Shown: positions 10,434-20,385, counted from the stretch's first letter. The stretch is 64,000 nucleotides of DNA from Candidatus Amunia macphersoniae (GCA_016464795.1 JAEKNN010000058.1:966-64965); one strand, 5' to 3'. A program made the numbers and translations. The notes: generated by a model from the sequence alone, not told the origin.

Positions 10434-11408
10434 CTACTCGTCCTCCACGATGTCGGCCACGATGTCGATGCGCCAGCCGCAGAGGCGGGCCACCAGACGG
10501 GCGTTGTCCCCACCCCGCCCGATCGCCAGGGAGAGCTGGTCGGATGCGGCGGTCACGGTGGCGGTGCGGCTGCTCTCATCGAGGTCCACCCGGCGCACGG
10601 TGGCCGGGGCCAGCGCGTTGGCGATGTAGGCCGCCGGGTCTGGCGACCAGACCACGATCTGCACCTGCTCACTGCCCAGCTCGGAGGTGATCGCCTGGTG
10701 GCGGATCCCGCGCGGGCCGATGCACGCCCCGCGCGCGTCCACCGCGGGGTCGGTCGCCTCGACGGCCACCTTGCTCCTCCGCCCCGCCTCTCTGACGATG
10801 CCGCGCACCGCCACCTGGCCGTTGGCCACCTCGGGCACCTCCTGCTCGAGCAGCAGCCGGAGCAGCTGGGGGTGGGAACGCGACACCACCACCACGGCGT
10901 CCTGGCTGCGCCGGCGGCCCTCGAGCACGATCACCTTGAGGTGGCGGCCCGGGATCAGCTCCTCGCCCTCGGCCTGCTCCTCGGGCGGCAGCAGGATGCG
11001 CATCTCGCCGCCCCGGAGATACCACACCGACCCGGCACGGGTGTCGACGATGGTGTCGATGAGCTCGCCGCGGTGCATCGATGCCTCGCGCAGGACCCGG
11101 TCCTTGCCGGCCTCGCGCAGGGCCGTGGCCACCGCCGCGCGCGCCGCCTGAGCCGCCTGGCGCGGAAAGTCGGGCAGGCCGGCGTCGACCGGCACCTCGG
11201 CGCCCTCGCCGGTTCGCCGGTACAGCGTGCAGCTGCCCGCGGTCAGGTCGACGCGAGCCCGGACGCCGTTGTCGGCCTCGACCATGTGCCGGTAGGTGTC
11301 GATGAATGCCGCCTCGAACAGAGCGGCCAGGCGCTCGTCACTCAGCTCGGTGGTCTCGCGGAGGGTGGCGATCGCCGTCTCTAGCGGGGTCGTCGGTGTG
11401 TCGCTCAT
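10434..11408 (-). CDS. nusA: Transcription termination/antitermination factor NusA (short, 324 aa, no C-terminal AR repeats)
   Basis: S1 and KH domains are present (…RSKVAVEATDPAVDARGACIGPRGIRHQAI…), and the gene occupies the rimP-nusA-ylxR-infB operon position. Confidence 0.9.
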   Translation of the reverse strand: MSDTPTTPLETAIATLRETTELSDERLAALFEAAFIDTYRHMVEADNGVRARVDLTAGSCTLYRRTGEGAEVPVDAGLPDFPRQAAQAARAAVATALREAGKDRVLREASMHRGELIDTIVDTRAGSVWYLRGGEMRILLPPEEQAEGEELIPGRHLKVIVLEGRRRSQDAVVVVSRSHPQLLRLLLEQEVPEVANGQVAVRGIVREAGRRSKVAVEATDPAVDARGACIGPRGIRHQAITSELGSEQVQIVVWSPDPAAYIANALAPATVRRVDLDESSRTATVTAASDQLSLAIGRGGDNARLVARLCGWRIDIVADIVEDE

Positions 11409-11422
11409 GGCTCAGCGTGGGC

Positions 11423-11887
11423 TCAGATGTCGACGACGATGCGCGCCGCGATCACGTCCGCCCGCGCCAGGCTCAGCCGTTTGCGCCGGTTGCGGTCACG
11501 TGCCTCCAGCTCGGCGCTGCCGGGGTCGAGGCTGAGCAGCCGTCCCTCGACCACCATCTCGGCGTCGCCGGAGCGAAGCCGCACGTTGATGCGGCGGCCC
11601 ACTGCCGCCTGCCATTCAGTGTCGGTCTGGAGGGGCCGCTCCGCCCCGGGCGAGGAGACCTCCAGCGCGTAGCGTCCGGCGATGGGGTCGTACGCATCGA
11701 GCACGGCTCCGACGGCATGCGACACGCGCTCGCAATCGTCAAGGGTGACCCCGGCGGCGCAGTCGATCACCAGGCGGAGGATGCTGGTGCGTCCAGGACG
11801 CCACTGCAGGTCGACCAGGTCGAGGCCGAGGTGGCGCAGCGAGGGCTGAACCAGCTCGGTCAGCTGCTCCTTGGACACCGTATTCAC
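11423..11887 (-). CDS. rimP: Ribosome maturation factor RimP
   Basis: This 154-aa protein sits upstream of nusA. The DUF150/RimP-like sequence is LVQPSLRHLGLDLVDLQW...LEVSSPG. Confidence 0.8.
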   Translation of the reverse strand: MNTVSKEQLTELVQPSLRHLGLDLVDLQWRPGRTSILRLVIDCAAGVTLDDCERVSHAVGAVLDAYDPIAGRYALEVSSPGAERPLQTDTEWQAAVGRRINVRLRSGDAEMVVEGRLLSLDPGSAELEARDRNRRKRLSLARADVIAARIVVDI

Positions 11888-11905
11888 ATGTTCACCGGGT
11901 TGGTG

Positions 11906-14365
11906 TCACGCCGCGCGTGCCACCCTCTTGGGAGTGCCCGGCGGGGGCGCGCTCGAGCGCAGGGCCGACGCCTTCTGCCATGCCACCAGCAGGGTGCTGG
12001 CGTTGAAGATCGAGCTGTAGGTTCCGGTGATGATCCCGATCAGCAGAGCGAGCACGAAGCCGGTGATCGTCGACCCACCGAAGAGCACCAGCGCAAGGAG
12101 CACGAACACCACCGTCAGCGAGGTGTTCAGCGAGCGGGTCATGGTTTGGACAGTGGAGAGGTTGACGACCTGGTCGAAGGTGAGCCGGGGACCGTAGCGC
12201 AGGTTCTCGCGAACCCGGTCGAAGACCACGATGGTGTCGTGGATGGAGAATGCCACCGAGGTCAGGATGGCCGTGACGAACAGCGTATCCACCTCTCCCA
12301 GGCTGGTGAAGTGGCCGAGGATCGCCCAGATCCCGGCCAGGACGAAGACGTCGTGGAGAAGCTTCAGGAACGCGCACACCGAGAACCTCCAGGGCGAGAT
12401 CGCCTTCTGGCGACGGAAGGCGAGCGCCAGGTAGATGGCGATCAGCGCCGACGCCACCAGGATCAGCAGGATCGCGTTGCGCACCAGGTCGGCGGCCACG
12501 CTGGGTCCGATGAACTGCTCCTGAATGTTGGGGTTTCCGTTCTTGGCATCCTTGGCGATGCCGAAGCTGTTGTTGAGCGCGGTCTGCACCGCCTGGACGG
12601 GATCCTTCCCGCCGTTGGCGTTCCCGGGGAGGAAGCTGATCTCGTACTGGTTGCCGGTGCTGGCCTGGACCTGGGGTTGGAGGTTGCCGATCGCCGAGGT
12701 CACCGTGCTCGCCACCTGGGCCTGGGTGGTGTGCTGGACCAGGGTGGCGGTGACCTTGTAGCCGCCCCGGAAGTCCAGGCCGAGCCGGAAGCCCCAGAAG
12801 AGGATCGCCAGGATCCCCGGGATGATGATCGCCAGCGACCCGGCGAAGTACCAGTTGCGCGAGCGGACGATGTCGAACCTGCCCTTGGGGGGCTTCTCCA
12901 CGTATTCCTCGTGGATCTGGGTGTACATCGTGGGCGTTCGCCCCAGGCGCAGCCGCAGAGCCCCCGCCATCAGGGCCCGGGTGACGGTGACCGCGCTGAC
13001 GAAGCTGATGGCCACGCCGAGGCCCAGGGTGAGGGCGAAACCCTTGACCACCGAGCTGCCGAAGCTGAACAGGACGACGCACGCGATGATGGTCGACACG
13101 TTGCTGTCACGAATCGCAGGAAAGGCCCGCTTGAAGCCGGCGTCAACAGCGGCGGCCACACTGCGGCCGTGGCGCAGCTCATCTCGGGCGCGCTCGAAGA
13201 TGAGCACGTTGGCATCCACGGCCATGCCCACGCTGAGCACGAATCCGGCCAGCGCCGCCAGCGAGATGGTGACGCCGATCACCTTGAACAGCGCCAGCAC
13301 CATCACCCCGTAGGCAACCAGGGCGACGCAGGCCAGCAGGCCCGGGAAGCGGTAGTAGCCGATCATGAAGAAGACGATGATCAGCAGGCCCACAGCCCCG
13401 GCGATGAGGCTGCGCTGCACTGTCTGCTGGCCGAGCGTGGCGCTGACCTCGTTGCTCGACACAGTGGTGATCTCAGCGGGGAGCGCGCCGGCGGAGATGG
13501 CGCTGGCCAGCGCCTGCGCCTGCGGGTTGGTGAAGCTGCCGGTGATCTGGGTCTGGTTGGTGGAGGGACCGGTGACGCCGGGAGCGGTGATCACATCGCT
13601 GTCGAGGAAGATCGCCACCCGGTTGAGCGGAGAGTTGGCCCCGGCGGCGAACGCCGTCTGGGTGACCTTGCCCCACTCGGTGGCGCCGGCCTCGTTGAAG
13701 TTGATGTTGACGGCGATCTGACCGCTCTGGTCGACGCCGACATCGGCCTTGGTGACATCGCTGGCATCGAGCGCGTCATCGATCTTCCAGTGGTAGCCGG
13801 CCTGGTAGTACTGCGTGACCGCGAACTGCTGGGTGTTGAAGAGGTGCTCCTGGTCGGCGAGGAACTGTGGATCGTTGGGGTTGGGGGCTCCGGGAACCGC
13901 GGTGGCGAAGTGCAGCTTGGCGGTGGTCCCCACCGTCTTCCGCGCCTGGTCCAGTGACACCCCGGGCAGCTGGATGAGGATCTGATCGGGTCCCTGCGCC
14001 GACACCGCAGCCTCGGAGACACCCAGCCCGTTCACCCTCGCCTGCAGCAGCGGCAGGGTCTTGTCGCGCGCCTCGCCAACGCTCTGGCCCCTGGGGCCGT
14101 TGCGGCAGTTGCCACCGGGGGGGTCGTTGTAGCCGCGGCACACCTGGACGGTGAGCTCGGTGCCGCCCTGGAGGTCGAGCCCCTTGACGAAGGTGATCGG
14201 GTGGCCGCCGATGTTGGGGATGGTGGTGAGGTTCTGGCCGAGCGGCTGGTGGACGACGAAGTACCTGTAGAACAGGCTGTAGCCGTCGAGGAAGATCGCC
14301 GCCAGCACGATCAGGGCGACCACCACGACACGCACGCGGGAGACGCGGAGGAAGAATTCAGCCAC
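11906..14365 (-). CDS. secDF: Protein translocase subunit SecDF (fused SecD-SecF)
   Basis: A single ~819-aa ORF has a SecD periplasmic domain and 12 TM segments with SecF C-terminal motifs (…FDIVRSRNWYFAGSLAII…). The GTG is at 14365 (MAEFFLRVSRV). Confidence 0.85.
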   Translation of the reverse strand: MAEFFLRVSRVRVVVVALIVLAAIFLDGYSLFYRYFVVHQPLGQNLTTIPNIGGHPITFVKGLDLQGGTELTVQVCRGYNDPPGGNCRNGPRGQSVGEARDKTLPLLQARVNGLGVSEAAVSAQGPDQILIQLPGVSLDQARKTVGTTAKLHFATAVPGAPNPNDPQFLADQEHLFNTQQFAVTQYYQAGYHWKIDDALDASDVTKADVGVDQSGQIAVNINFNEAGATEWGKVTQTAFAAGANSPLNRVAIFLDSDVITAPGVTGPSTNQTQITGSFTNPQAQALASAISAGALPAEITTVSSNEVSATLGQQTVQRSLIAGAVGLLIIVFFMIGYYRFPGLLACVALVAYGVMVLALFKVIGVTISLAALAGFVLSVGMAVDANVLIFERARDELRHGRSVAAAVDAGFKRAFPAIRDSNVSTIIACVVLFSFGSSVVKGFALTLGLGVAISFVSAVTVTRALMAGALRLRLGRTPTMYTQIHEEYVEKPPKGRFDIVRSRNWYFAGSLAIIIPGILAILFWGFRLGLDFRGGYKVTATLVQHTTQAQVASTVTSAIGNLQPQVQASTGNQYEISFLPGNANGGKDPVQAVQTALNNSFGIAKDAKNGNPNIQEQFIGPSVAADLVRNAILLILVASALIAIYLALAFRRQKAISPWRFSVCAFLKLLHDVFVLAGIWAILGHFTSLGEVDTLFVTAILTSVAFSIHDTIVVFDRVRENLRYGPRLTFDQVVNLSTVQTMTRSLNTSLTVVFVLLALVLFGGSTITGFVLALLIGIITGTYSSIFNASTLLVAWQKASALRSSAPPPGTPKRVARAA

Positions 14366-15557
14366 GGCTGCCGAGTGTACCCGGGATCCGGGAGGCGCCG
14401 ACTCGCTGCGCTCGAGGTGGCGCAAGCTCGTCGTCGACAGCGTCGCCCCCATCGGGACGGTTGCGCAGCCGAGCCTCCGCCTCGGCTCGCAACGTACCCA
14501 ACCGGCCGGCCCTGATGGCCGCGCGTGCCGCCGCCATCAGGGCGCTGACGTGGGTCACGTTGTGCAGGCTGAGCAGCCGGTGGGCGAGGATCTCACCGGC
14601 GACGAAGAGGTGGCGCAGGTAGGCGCGCGAGAACCGGGCGCACGCGGGGCAGCGGCACCCCTCCACCAGCGGGCGGAGGTCGTCGCGGTAGGCGGCGCGG
14701 CGCAGTGACAGCCGTCCGTCGGGGGTCATCGCCGCGCCGCTACGCGCCAGGCGGGTGGGTGCGACACAGTCGAACATGTCGATGCCGAGCCCGACCATGG
14801 CCAAGAGCTCGCTGTCCGTGCCCAGGCCCATGAAGTAACGCGGCCGGTCGGGTGGCAGCTGCGCCACCGACGCCGCCGTCATCGCCTCCATGGTCGCGAG
14901 CGGCTCACCCACTGAGAGGCCGCCGACGGCGACCCCGTCAAAGTCCAGGGCGGCGATGGCCCGGGCCGATGCCACCCGCGCCTCCGCCTCGAAGCCGCCC
15001 TGGCAGATGCCGAACAGCAGGCGCCCGTCGCCCGGGTGGACCATCGCGGATCGCTCGGCCCAGCGGTGGGTGCGTCGCGAGGCGGCAGCCACCGCCGCGC
15101 TGTCGCTCCCCCAGGCCACCGGCTGGTCGAGGCACATGACGATGTCGCTGTCGAGCCGTGCCTGGATGCTGACCGCCTCCTCCGGGGTGACGCGCAGCCG
15201 GTTGCCGTCATACGGCGACACGAAGGTGGCCCCGTCCTCGTCGACCGTGGCGACCCGCCGCAGGCTGACCAGCTGGAAGCCGCCGCTGTCGGTGAGGATG
15301 GGACCGTCCCAGCCCATGAAGCTGTGCAGGCCTCCGGCGCGCTCGATGAGGTCGACGCCCGGGCGCAGCGCCAGGTGGTAGGCGTTGCACAGGAGGATGT
15401 CGGCCCCGCACGCGCGCACCTCGTCCGGGTCCAGCGACTTCACGGTGGCGTGGGTACCGACCGGCATGAACGCGGGTGTGCGGACCATGCCGTGGGCGGT
15501 GCTCAGCGTCCCGGTGCGGGCGGCGCCGTCACGTGCCTCGACGGTCAAAGCGGTCAT
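14358..15557 (-). CDS. tgt: Queuine tRNA-ribosyltransferase
   Basis: TPAFMPVGT...LTDSGGFQ...zinc site CxCxxC...H match Tgt. The ATG overlaps the queA stop (ATGA). Confidence 0.9.
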   Translation of the reverse strand: MTALTVEARDGAARTGTLSTAHGMVRTPAFMPVGTHATVKSLDPDEVRACGADILLCNAYHLALRPGVDLIERAGGLHSFMGWDGPILTDSGGFQLVSLRRVATVDEDGATFVSPYDGNRLRVTPEEAVSIQARLDSDIVMCLDQPVAWGSDSAAVAAASRRTHRWAERSAMVHPGDGRLLFGICQGGFEAEARVASARAIAALDFDGVAVGGLSVGEPLATMEAMTAASVAQLPPDRPRYFMGLGTDSELLAMVGLGIDMFDCVAPTRLARSGAAMTPDGRLSLRRAAYRDDLRPLVEGCRCPACARFSRAYLRHLFVAGEILAHRLLSLHNVTHVSALMAAARAAIRAGRLGTLRAEAEARLRNRPDGGDAVDDELAPPRAQRVGASRIPGTLGSRG

Positions 15558-16642
15558 GCAGCGGCGTCAGAATTGCGCCAGCAGAGCATGCAGTCGCCAA
15601 AGCTCAGGAAACGGTAGTTGTTGGTGAGCGCGTGCTGGTAGGCGGAGCGCCACCCTCGCATGCCCGTGAAGGCGGCGAGCAACACCAGCAGGGATGAGCG
15701 TGGCTGGTGGAAGTTGGTGAGCAGCCCATCGACCACGCTGAAGCGATGTCCGGGGGTGATGAACAGCTCGGTCGACAGCCCCCCCGGGCACAACCGACCA
15801 CCGGAATCGACGTGCGATTCCAGGGTGCGGACGACGGTGGTGCCGATGGCGATGACCCGCCCTCCACGGGAGTGGGTCTCGTCGATTCGCACCGCCGTGT
15901 CCGAGGGCAGGGTGCAGTGCTCGGCGTGCATCCGGTGTGAGCTGATGTCGGTGGCTGTGATCGGGGCGAACGTCCCCAGACCGACGTCGAGCTGGAGGGT
16001 GGCCCAGCCAACTCCACGCTCGCGCAGTGCGTCGCGCACCCGCGCGGTGAAGTGCAGGCCGGCGGTGGGCGCCGCCGATGACGCGGGCTCGCCGGTGGCA
16101 TACACCGTCTGGTAGCGCCCGGAATCCTTCAGCGGCTCGCGGATGTACGGCGGCAGCGGAGGTTCGCCGGCGGCGGCGATCGCCAGCTCGAGGTCAGCGT
16201 CCGCCTCGAGGCTCACCACCCGGGCGCCACGGTGCCCGGCGGCAGGGCCGGCCACCGTGATCCGCAGCCCATGCGCCGCCTGGATCGACGCACCGGCGTG
16301 CAGCCGCCGCCCCGGACGAACCAGAGCCGTGAATCGGCCGGCGTCGAGACGCTGGAGAAGGAGCACCTCCGCCAGGCCACCATCGTCACGCCTGCCCCGC
16401 AGCCGGGCGGCGCGAACCGTGGTGTCGTTGGCCACCAGCAGGTCACCGGCCCGCAGCAACGTCGGCAGGTCGGTGAAGACGCGGTCGTGCAGCGTCCCGT
16501 CACCGTCCATCAGCAGCAGCTTCGAGGAGTCCCGCGGCTCGAGCGGCACCTGGGCGATGCGGTCAGCCGGCAGCGAGTAGTCGAACTGCTCGGTCGAGAG
16601 CGCGAGCGCCCGGTCCTCGAGCTCGTTGGTGACAGCCCCCAC
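15554..16642 (-). CDS. queA: S-adenosylmethionine:tRNA ribosyltransferase-isomerase
   Basis: FDYSLPADRIAQ...PLPPYI...QTVYA...TAGLHFT are QueA motifs. The exact start is uncertain (GTG 16642 or downstream). Confidence 0.85.
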   Translation of the reverse strand: MGAVTNELEDRALALSTEQFDYSLPADRIAQVPLEPRDSSKLLLMDGDGTLHDRVFTDLPTLLRAGDLLVANDTTVRAARLRGRRDDGGLAEVLLLQRLDAGRFTALVRPGRRLHAGASIQAAHGLRITVAGPAAGHRGARVVSLEADADLELAIAAAGEPPLPPYIREPLKDSGRYQTVYATGEPASSAAPTAGLHFTARVRDALRERGVGWATLQLDVGLGTFAPITATDISSHRMHAEHCTLPSDTAVRIDETHSRGGRVIAIGTTVVRTLESHVDSGGRLCPGGLSTELFITPGHRFSVVDGLLTNFHQPRSSLLVLLAAFTGMRGWRSAYQHALTNNYRFLSFGDCMLCWRNSDAAA

Positions 16643-16645
16643 GCG

Positions 16646-17692
16646 CTAGCTGAACAGCGAGGGCTGGACGTCGTCGGCGCCGACGGTGCCGGCGGGGACG
16701 GACAGGCCGAGGTGGGTGTAGGCGCGCGCGGTGGGCACCCGTCCCCGCGGGGTGCGGGCCAGCATGCCGAGGCGGATCAGGTACGGCTCAACGACATCCT
16801 CGATGGTCTCCGGCTCCTCCTGGACGCTGACCGCGATGGTCTGGGCGCCGACGGGGTGGCCGCGGAGGGGGCCGGTGAGCGCGGCCAGGACTCGCCGGTC
16901 CATCTCGTCGAGGCCGGCGGCGTCGACGCCCAGCATGTCCAGCGCCGCCGTGGCCGACGCCACGTCGATGCGACCCGCGGCACGCACCTGCGCGTAGTCC
17001 CGGGCGCGGCGCAGCAGCCGGTTGGCGACGCGCGGCGTTCCTCGCGCCCGAGAGGCGAGCAAGCCGGCACCGTCATCGTCGATGGAGATCTTCAGCAACC
17101 GGGCGCTGCGGCGGATGATGTCGGTGAGCTCGGCGATGTCGTAGTAGTCGAGCCGGAAGGTGACCCCGAAGCGATCGCGCAGCGGACCGCCGAGGGCGCC
17201 GGCGCGAGTGGTGGCGGCGATCACCGTGAACCGGTTGAGGCTGAGGCGCAGCGTCTGGGCGCCGGCTCCACGCCCGGCCACGAAGTCGAAGGCGAGATCC
17301 TCCATCGCCGGGTACAGGGCCTCCTCCACCGCGCTGTTGAGCCGGTGCACCTCGTCGATGAAGAAGACGTCCCTGTCGTTGAGCGAGGTGAGGATCGAGG
17401 CCAGCATCCCCTGGTGCTCGAGCGCCGGGCCGGAGGTGAGCCGCGCCTGCACGCCCATCTCGGTGGCGATGATCTGCGCCAGCGTGGTCTTGCCGAGGCC
17501 GGGGGGCCCGTAGAGGAGGATGTGGTCGATCGGCTCGCTGCGCCCTCGCGCAGCCTCGACGAGCACGTGAACCTGCTCGTGGATTCCCGCCTGACCGACG
17601 AAGTCGTCGAGCCGCTGGGGGCGCAGCGCCACCTCGGCGGCGTGCTCCTCCTCCACCTCCAGCGGGGTGGTGACGCTTGGTTCGTCCATCAT
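16646..17692 (-). CDS. ruvB: Holliday junction branch migration helicase RuvB
   Basis: LLYGPPGLGKTTLA Walker A, the sensor motifs and the winged helix are present. The ATG overlaps the ruvA stop (ATGA). Confidence 0.92.
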   Translation of the reverse strand: MMDEPSVTTPLEVEEEHAAEVALRPQRLDDFVGQAGIHEQVHVLVEAARGRSEPIDHILLYGPPGLGKTTLAQIIATEMGVQARLTSGPALEHQGMLASILTSLNDRDVFFIDEVHRLNSAVEEALYPAMEDLAFDFVAGRGAGAQTLRLSLNRFTVIAATTRAGALGGPLRDRFGVTFRLDYYDIAELTDIIRRSARLLKISIDDDGAGLLASRARGTPRVANRLLRRARDYAQVRAAGRIDVASATAALDMLGVDAAGLDEMDRRVLAALTGPLRGHPVGAQTIAVSVQEEPETIEDVVEPYLIRLGMLARTPRGRVPTARAYTHLGLSVPAGTVGADDVQPSLFS

Positions 17693-18303
17693 CCGGCTGC
17701 GACCATGTCGAGCCGGCGCAGAGCCGCCGCCACCAGCGCGGCGACGTCGAGCGGCGGGGCGCCGTCGCGGAGCGCCGCCCGGACCGCGTCACGGGCCGCC
17801 GCCTCGCGAAAGCCCATGGTGGCGAGCCCGTCGACGGCTGCCCGGACCACCTCCTCCGCCGCCGCCGCCGCTGGGGTGGCGCCGTCGCCGGGCAGGGCCA
17901 GGCGATCGAGCTTGCCGCGCAGTTCCAGCACCACCCGCTCGGCCGTCTTGACCCCGATGCCCGGCACGGTGGCGACCATGGCGGCGTCGCCGCTGCGCAG
18001 CGCGCGCACCATCGTGGTGAGGTCGGCGCGGCCGAGGATCCCGAGCGCGGCCTTGGGGCCGATGCGCTCGACGGCGATGAGCAGCCGGAACAGCCGAAGC
18101 TCCTCGGTCGTGGTGAAGCCGTACAGGCGGATGGCGTCGTCGCTGACCGAGGTGTGGATGTGCAGGGTGACGTCGCCGGCGCTGGTGTGCAGGCCGACGG
18201 CGGTGCGCAGGTGGCACTGCACCGCATAGCCGACGCCGTTGACGTCGAGGGTGACCACATCATCGTCGACCGAGGCGACGCGCCCACGGAGCAGCGCGAT
18301 CAC
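17689..18303 (-). CDS. ruvA: Holliday junction branch migration complex subunit RuvA
   Basis: MIALLRGRV...VNGVGY...LPGIG are RuvA motifs. The GTG at 18303 overlaps the ruvC TGA (GTGA); the upstream part of the longer ORF is Arg-rich junk. Confidence 0.85.
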   Translation of the reverse strand: MIALLRGRVASVDDDVVTLDVNGVGYAVQCHLRTAVGLHTSAGDVTLHIHTSVSDDAIRLYGFTTTEELRLFRLLIAVERIGPKAALGILGRADLTTMVRALRSGDAAMVATVPGIGVKTAERVVLELRGKLDRLALPGDGATPAAAAAEEVVRAAVDGLATMGFREAAARDAVRAALRDGAPPLDVAALVAAALRRLDMVAAG

Positions 18304-18863
18304 CGCGCGCCTGCGCGCAGGCGTGACAGGGCGGCAGCGACGGCGGTGTCGAGAGCATTGACGGGCGGTCGGACGCGGCCGCGGACGCGCAAGGTCAGGG
18401 AGGCGCGGTGGTGATGGCAGACAGCGATGGCACAGGCATCGGCAACGTCGTCGGGACCCTCGATGGTGTCGACCGACAGCAGTTGCATGGTCATGCGCAG
18501 CACCTGGGGCTTGCGCGCCGCGCCGTAGCCGGCCACCGACTCCTTCACCTCGTTGGGGGTGTACTCGGCCACCGGCACAGCGGCTCCGGCCAGGGCGCAC
18601 AGCAGCACGCCGCGCGCCTCGGCGACGCGCATCGCGGTGGCTCGGTTGGTGGAGAAGAAGAGCCGCTCGACAGCCGCAAACGAGGGGCGGTGCTCGTCGA
18701 TCACCGTGCTGATCAAACCGAACAGGAGGTGAAGGCGTTCGGCGTCGGACCCGGCGCGGGTCTCTAGGCAGGTGGCGTGGACCAGCCGGAGCTTGCCGGG
18801 CTGGCCATCGACGACGGCGACGCCGGTGCGGCCAAGTCCCGGATCGATGCCCAGGACGCGCAC
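18300..18863 (-). CDS. ruvC: Crossover junction endodeoxyribonuclease RuvC
   Basis: MRVLGIDPGL..TG and the catalytic acidic residues match RuvC. This completes the ruvCAB order. Confidence 0.9.
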   Translation of the reverse strand: MRVLGIDPGLGRTGVAVVDGQPGKLRLVHATCLETRAGSDAERLHLLFGLISTVIDEHRPSFAAVERLFFSTNRATAMRVAEARGVLLCALAGAAVPVAEYTPNEVKESVAGYGAARKPQVLRMTMQLLSVDTIEGPDDVADACAIAVCHHHRASLTLRVRGRVRPPVNALDTAVAAALSRLRAGAR

Positions 18864-18866
18864 CCG

Positions 18867-19625
18867 TCAGCCGACCGACTCGAGGATCTCGTCGGGGATC
18901 TCGGCGTTGGCGTACACCTGCTGCACGTCGTCATCCTCCTCGAGGTTCTCGAGGAGACGGATCACGGCGGTGGCCTGCTTGGCGTCCAGCGACACCGACG
19001 TGCTGGGGTCCATGGTCAGCTCGCCGGATTCGACGGTGTGCCCGGTGCCCTCCAGCGCAGTACGTGCCGCCTCGAACTGCGCGGGGCTGACCGTCACCAC
19101 CACGGCATCGTCGGCGACGGTGATGTCACCGTCGGCGCCGAGGTCGACCACCTCGAGCAGCTCGAGCGCCAGCTCGTCAGGATCGCGGCCGGCGGCCGCC
19201 ACACGAAGCACCCCCTGCTGGCTGAACATCCAGCCGACGCTGTTGGTCTCACCCAGCGACCCGCCGGAGCGGGTGAAGAGGTTGCGGATGGCGGCGACTG
19301 TGCGATTGCGGTTGTCGGTGAGCACGTCGACCATCACCGCCACGCCGTGGGGGCCATAGCCCTCGTAGCGGATCTCCTCGAGCTGGGCGCCGTCCTTGCC
19401 CCCGACGCCACGCTGGATGGCGCGATCGATGTTGTCGGCGGGCATGTTGACCTCGCGGGCCTTCTGGATGGCCAGGCGCAGCCGGAAGTTCGAGCTCGGA
19501 TCGGGGCCGCCTTCACGAACCGACACCGACAGCTCGCGCGCGATCTTGGTGAAGACCTGGCCACGCTTGGCGTCGACGATCGCCTTCTTGTGCTTGATCC
19601 CCGCCCACTTGCTGTGACCGGACAT
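18867..19625 (-). CDS. yebC: YebC/PmpR family DNA-binding transcriptional regulator
   Basis: MSGHSKWAGIKHKKA...GYGP is the diagnostic N-terminus, and the gene has the conserved position upstream of ruvC. Confidence 0.9.
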   Translation of the reverse strand: MSGHSKWAGIKHKKAIVDAKRGQVFTKIARELSVSVREGGPDPSSNFRLRLAIQKAREVNMPADNIDRAIQRGVGGKDGAQLEEIRYEGYGPHGVAVMVDVLTDNRNRTVAAIRNLFTRSGGSLGETNSVGWMFSQQGVLRVAAAGRDPDELALELLEVVDLGADGDITVADDAVVVTVSPAQFEAARTALEGTGHTVESGELTMDPSTSVSLDAKQATAVIRLLENLEEDDDVQQVYANAEIPDEILESVG

Positions 19626-19719
19626 GAGCCCTCCGTGCCTCCGAACAGGCGTTTGCCATTGTATTGCTGGCGCTGCCGTGCAGTCTATGAGTCGAGGCGG
19701 TTGCCGCTGCAGTGGAGTC

Positions 19720-19831
19720 GGGGTCGGTGCCCCCGCGACAGCCGGCTCGGTCAGGGCTTCGACGGCATTGGCGGCGCTTCGCGCCTCGGCCGTCTGCAGA
19801 ATCTACCGGCCGTCACGGGGGCACCGACCCC
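19720..19831. repeat. Perfect 16-bp inverted repeat (GGGGTCGGTGCCCCCG / CGGGGGCACCGACCCC) separated by an 80-nt spacer, in the yebC upstream intergenic region
   Basis: The arms were read directly at 19720-19735 and 19816-19831. No coding potential is apparent in the region. Confidence 0.7.
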
Positions 19832-19906
19832 TCTCTTGGTGCACGGCGGCCCTACTCGGACGGGTGACCAGCTCCCCACTACGCGATGTCTGGTGGCATC
19901 GAACCG

Positions 19907-20360
19907 TCAGGTTTGCGGCTGGGCACGGCACCACTCGCACGCGAACGGCCAGCTGCCGAATCCCGTGTCCGGCGTGATGTGCCCAGCACCCTCGAAGATG
20001 GAGGCGGTGATCCCCAGAGCGTCGCCGTAGAGGGATTGGGCGCCGGCCGGGTTGTACGGGTCGGCGTCCGAGCACGCCATGGCGATCTCCCCGTCCACGC
20101 TGGCTCGCACCGCGTCGGCGTCGAACCTGTCGAGGCGAAACGACGCCCCACCGACCGGTAGGCATTCGGATGCCGGCGGTGAGACGAGCAGCAAGCGGTC
20201 GACCGGGTGGGCCGCCCGGAGTCCGCGCTCGGCGGCACGAAACCAAAGCAGGCACGCCAACGAGTGGCAGACGACGACCCGCTGCTCCCCGTCGAGAGCG
20301 GCGAGCTCTTGGTCGAGCACATCGAGCCACTGCTGCAACTGCGGCGCGTCGGGCTCGGGG
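19907..20360 (-). pseudogene. RBBP9/YdeN-family serine hydrolase (alpha/beta fold), 5'-truncated remnant
   Basis: The C-terminal ~150 aa (…LQQWLDVL…VVCHSLACLLWF…LLLVSPP…AGHITPDTGFGSW) align to the YdeN/RBBP9 family from about residue 38 onward. The N-terminal beta-strand/HG…HW segment is missing, and the reading frame instead runs into the 3' end of the adjacent methyltransferase gene. Confidence 0.5.
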
Positions 20361-20385
20361 AGCGATCGCTGACTCTCTTGTCGGG

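Noticed and set aside
11306-13957. 883-aa plus-strand ORF, and similar long ORFs at 16232-18229 (+), 56169-58976 (+), 8147-10081 (+) and 5889-7016 (+)
   Set aside because: They are antisense to well-supported conserved genes (secDF, ruvAB, recN/scpA, infB, truB/nrnA) and have Arg/Gly/His-rich low-complexity translations. They are typical spurious open frames of high-GC DNA.
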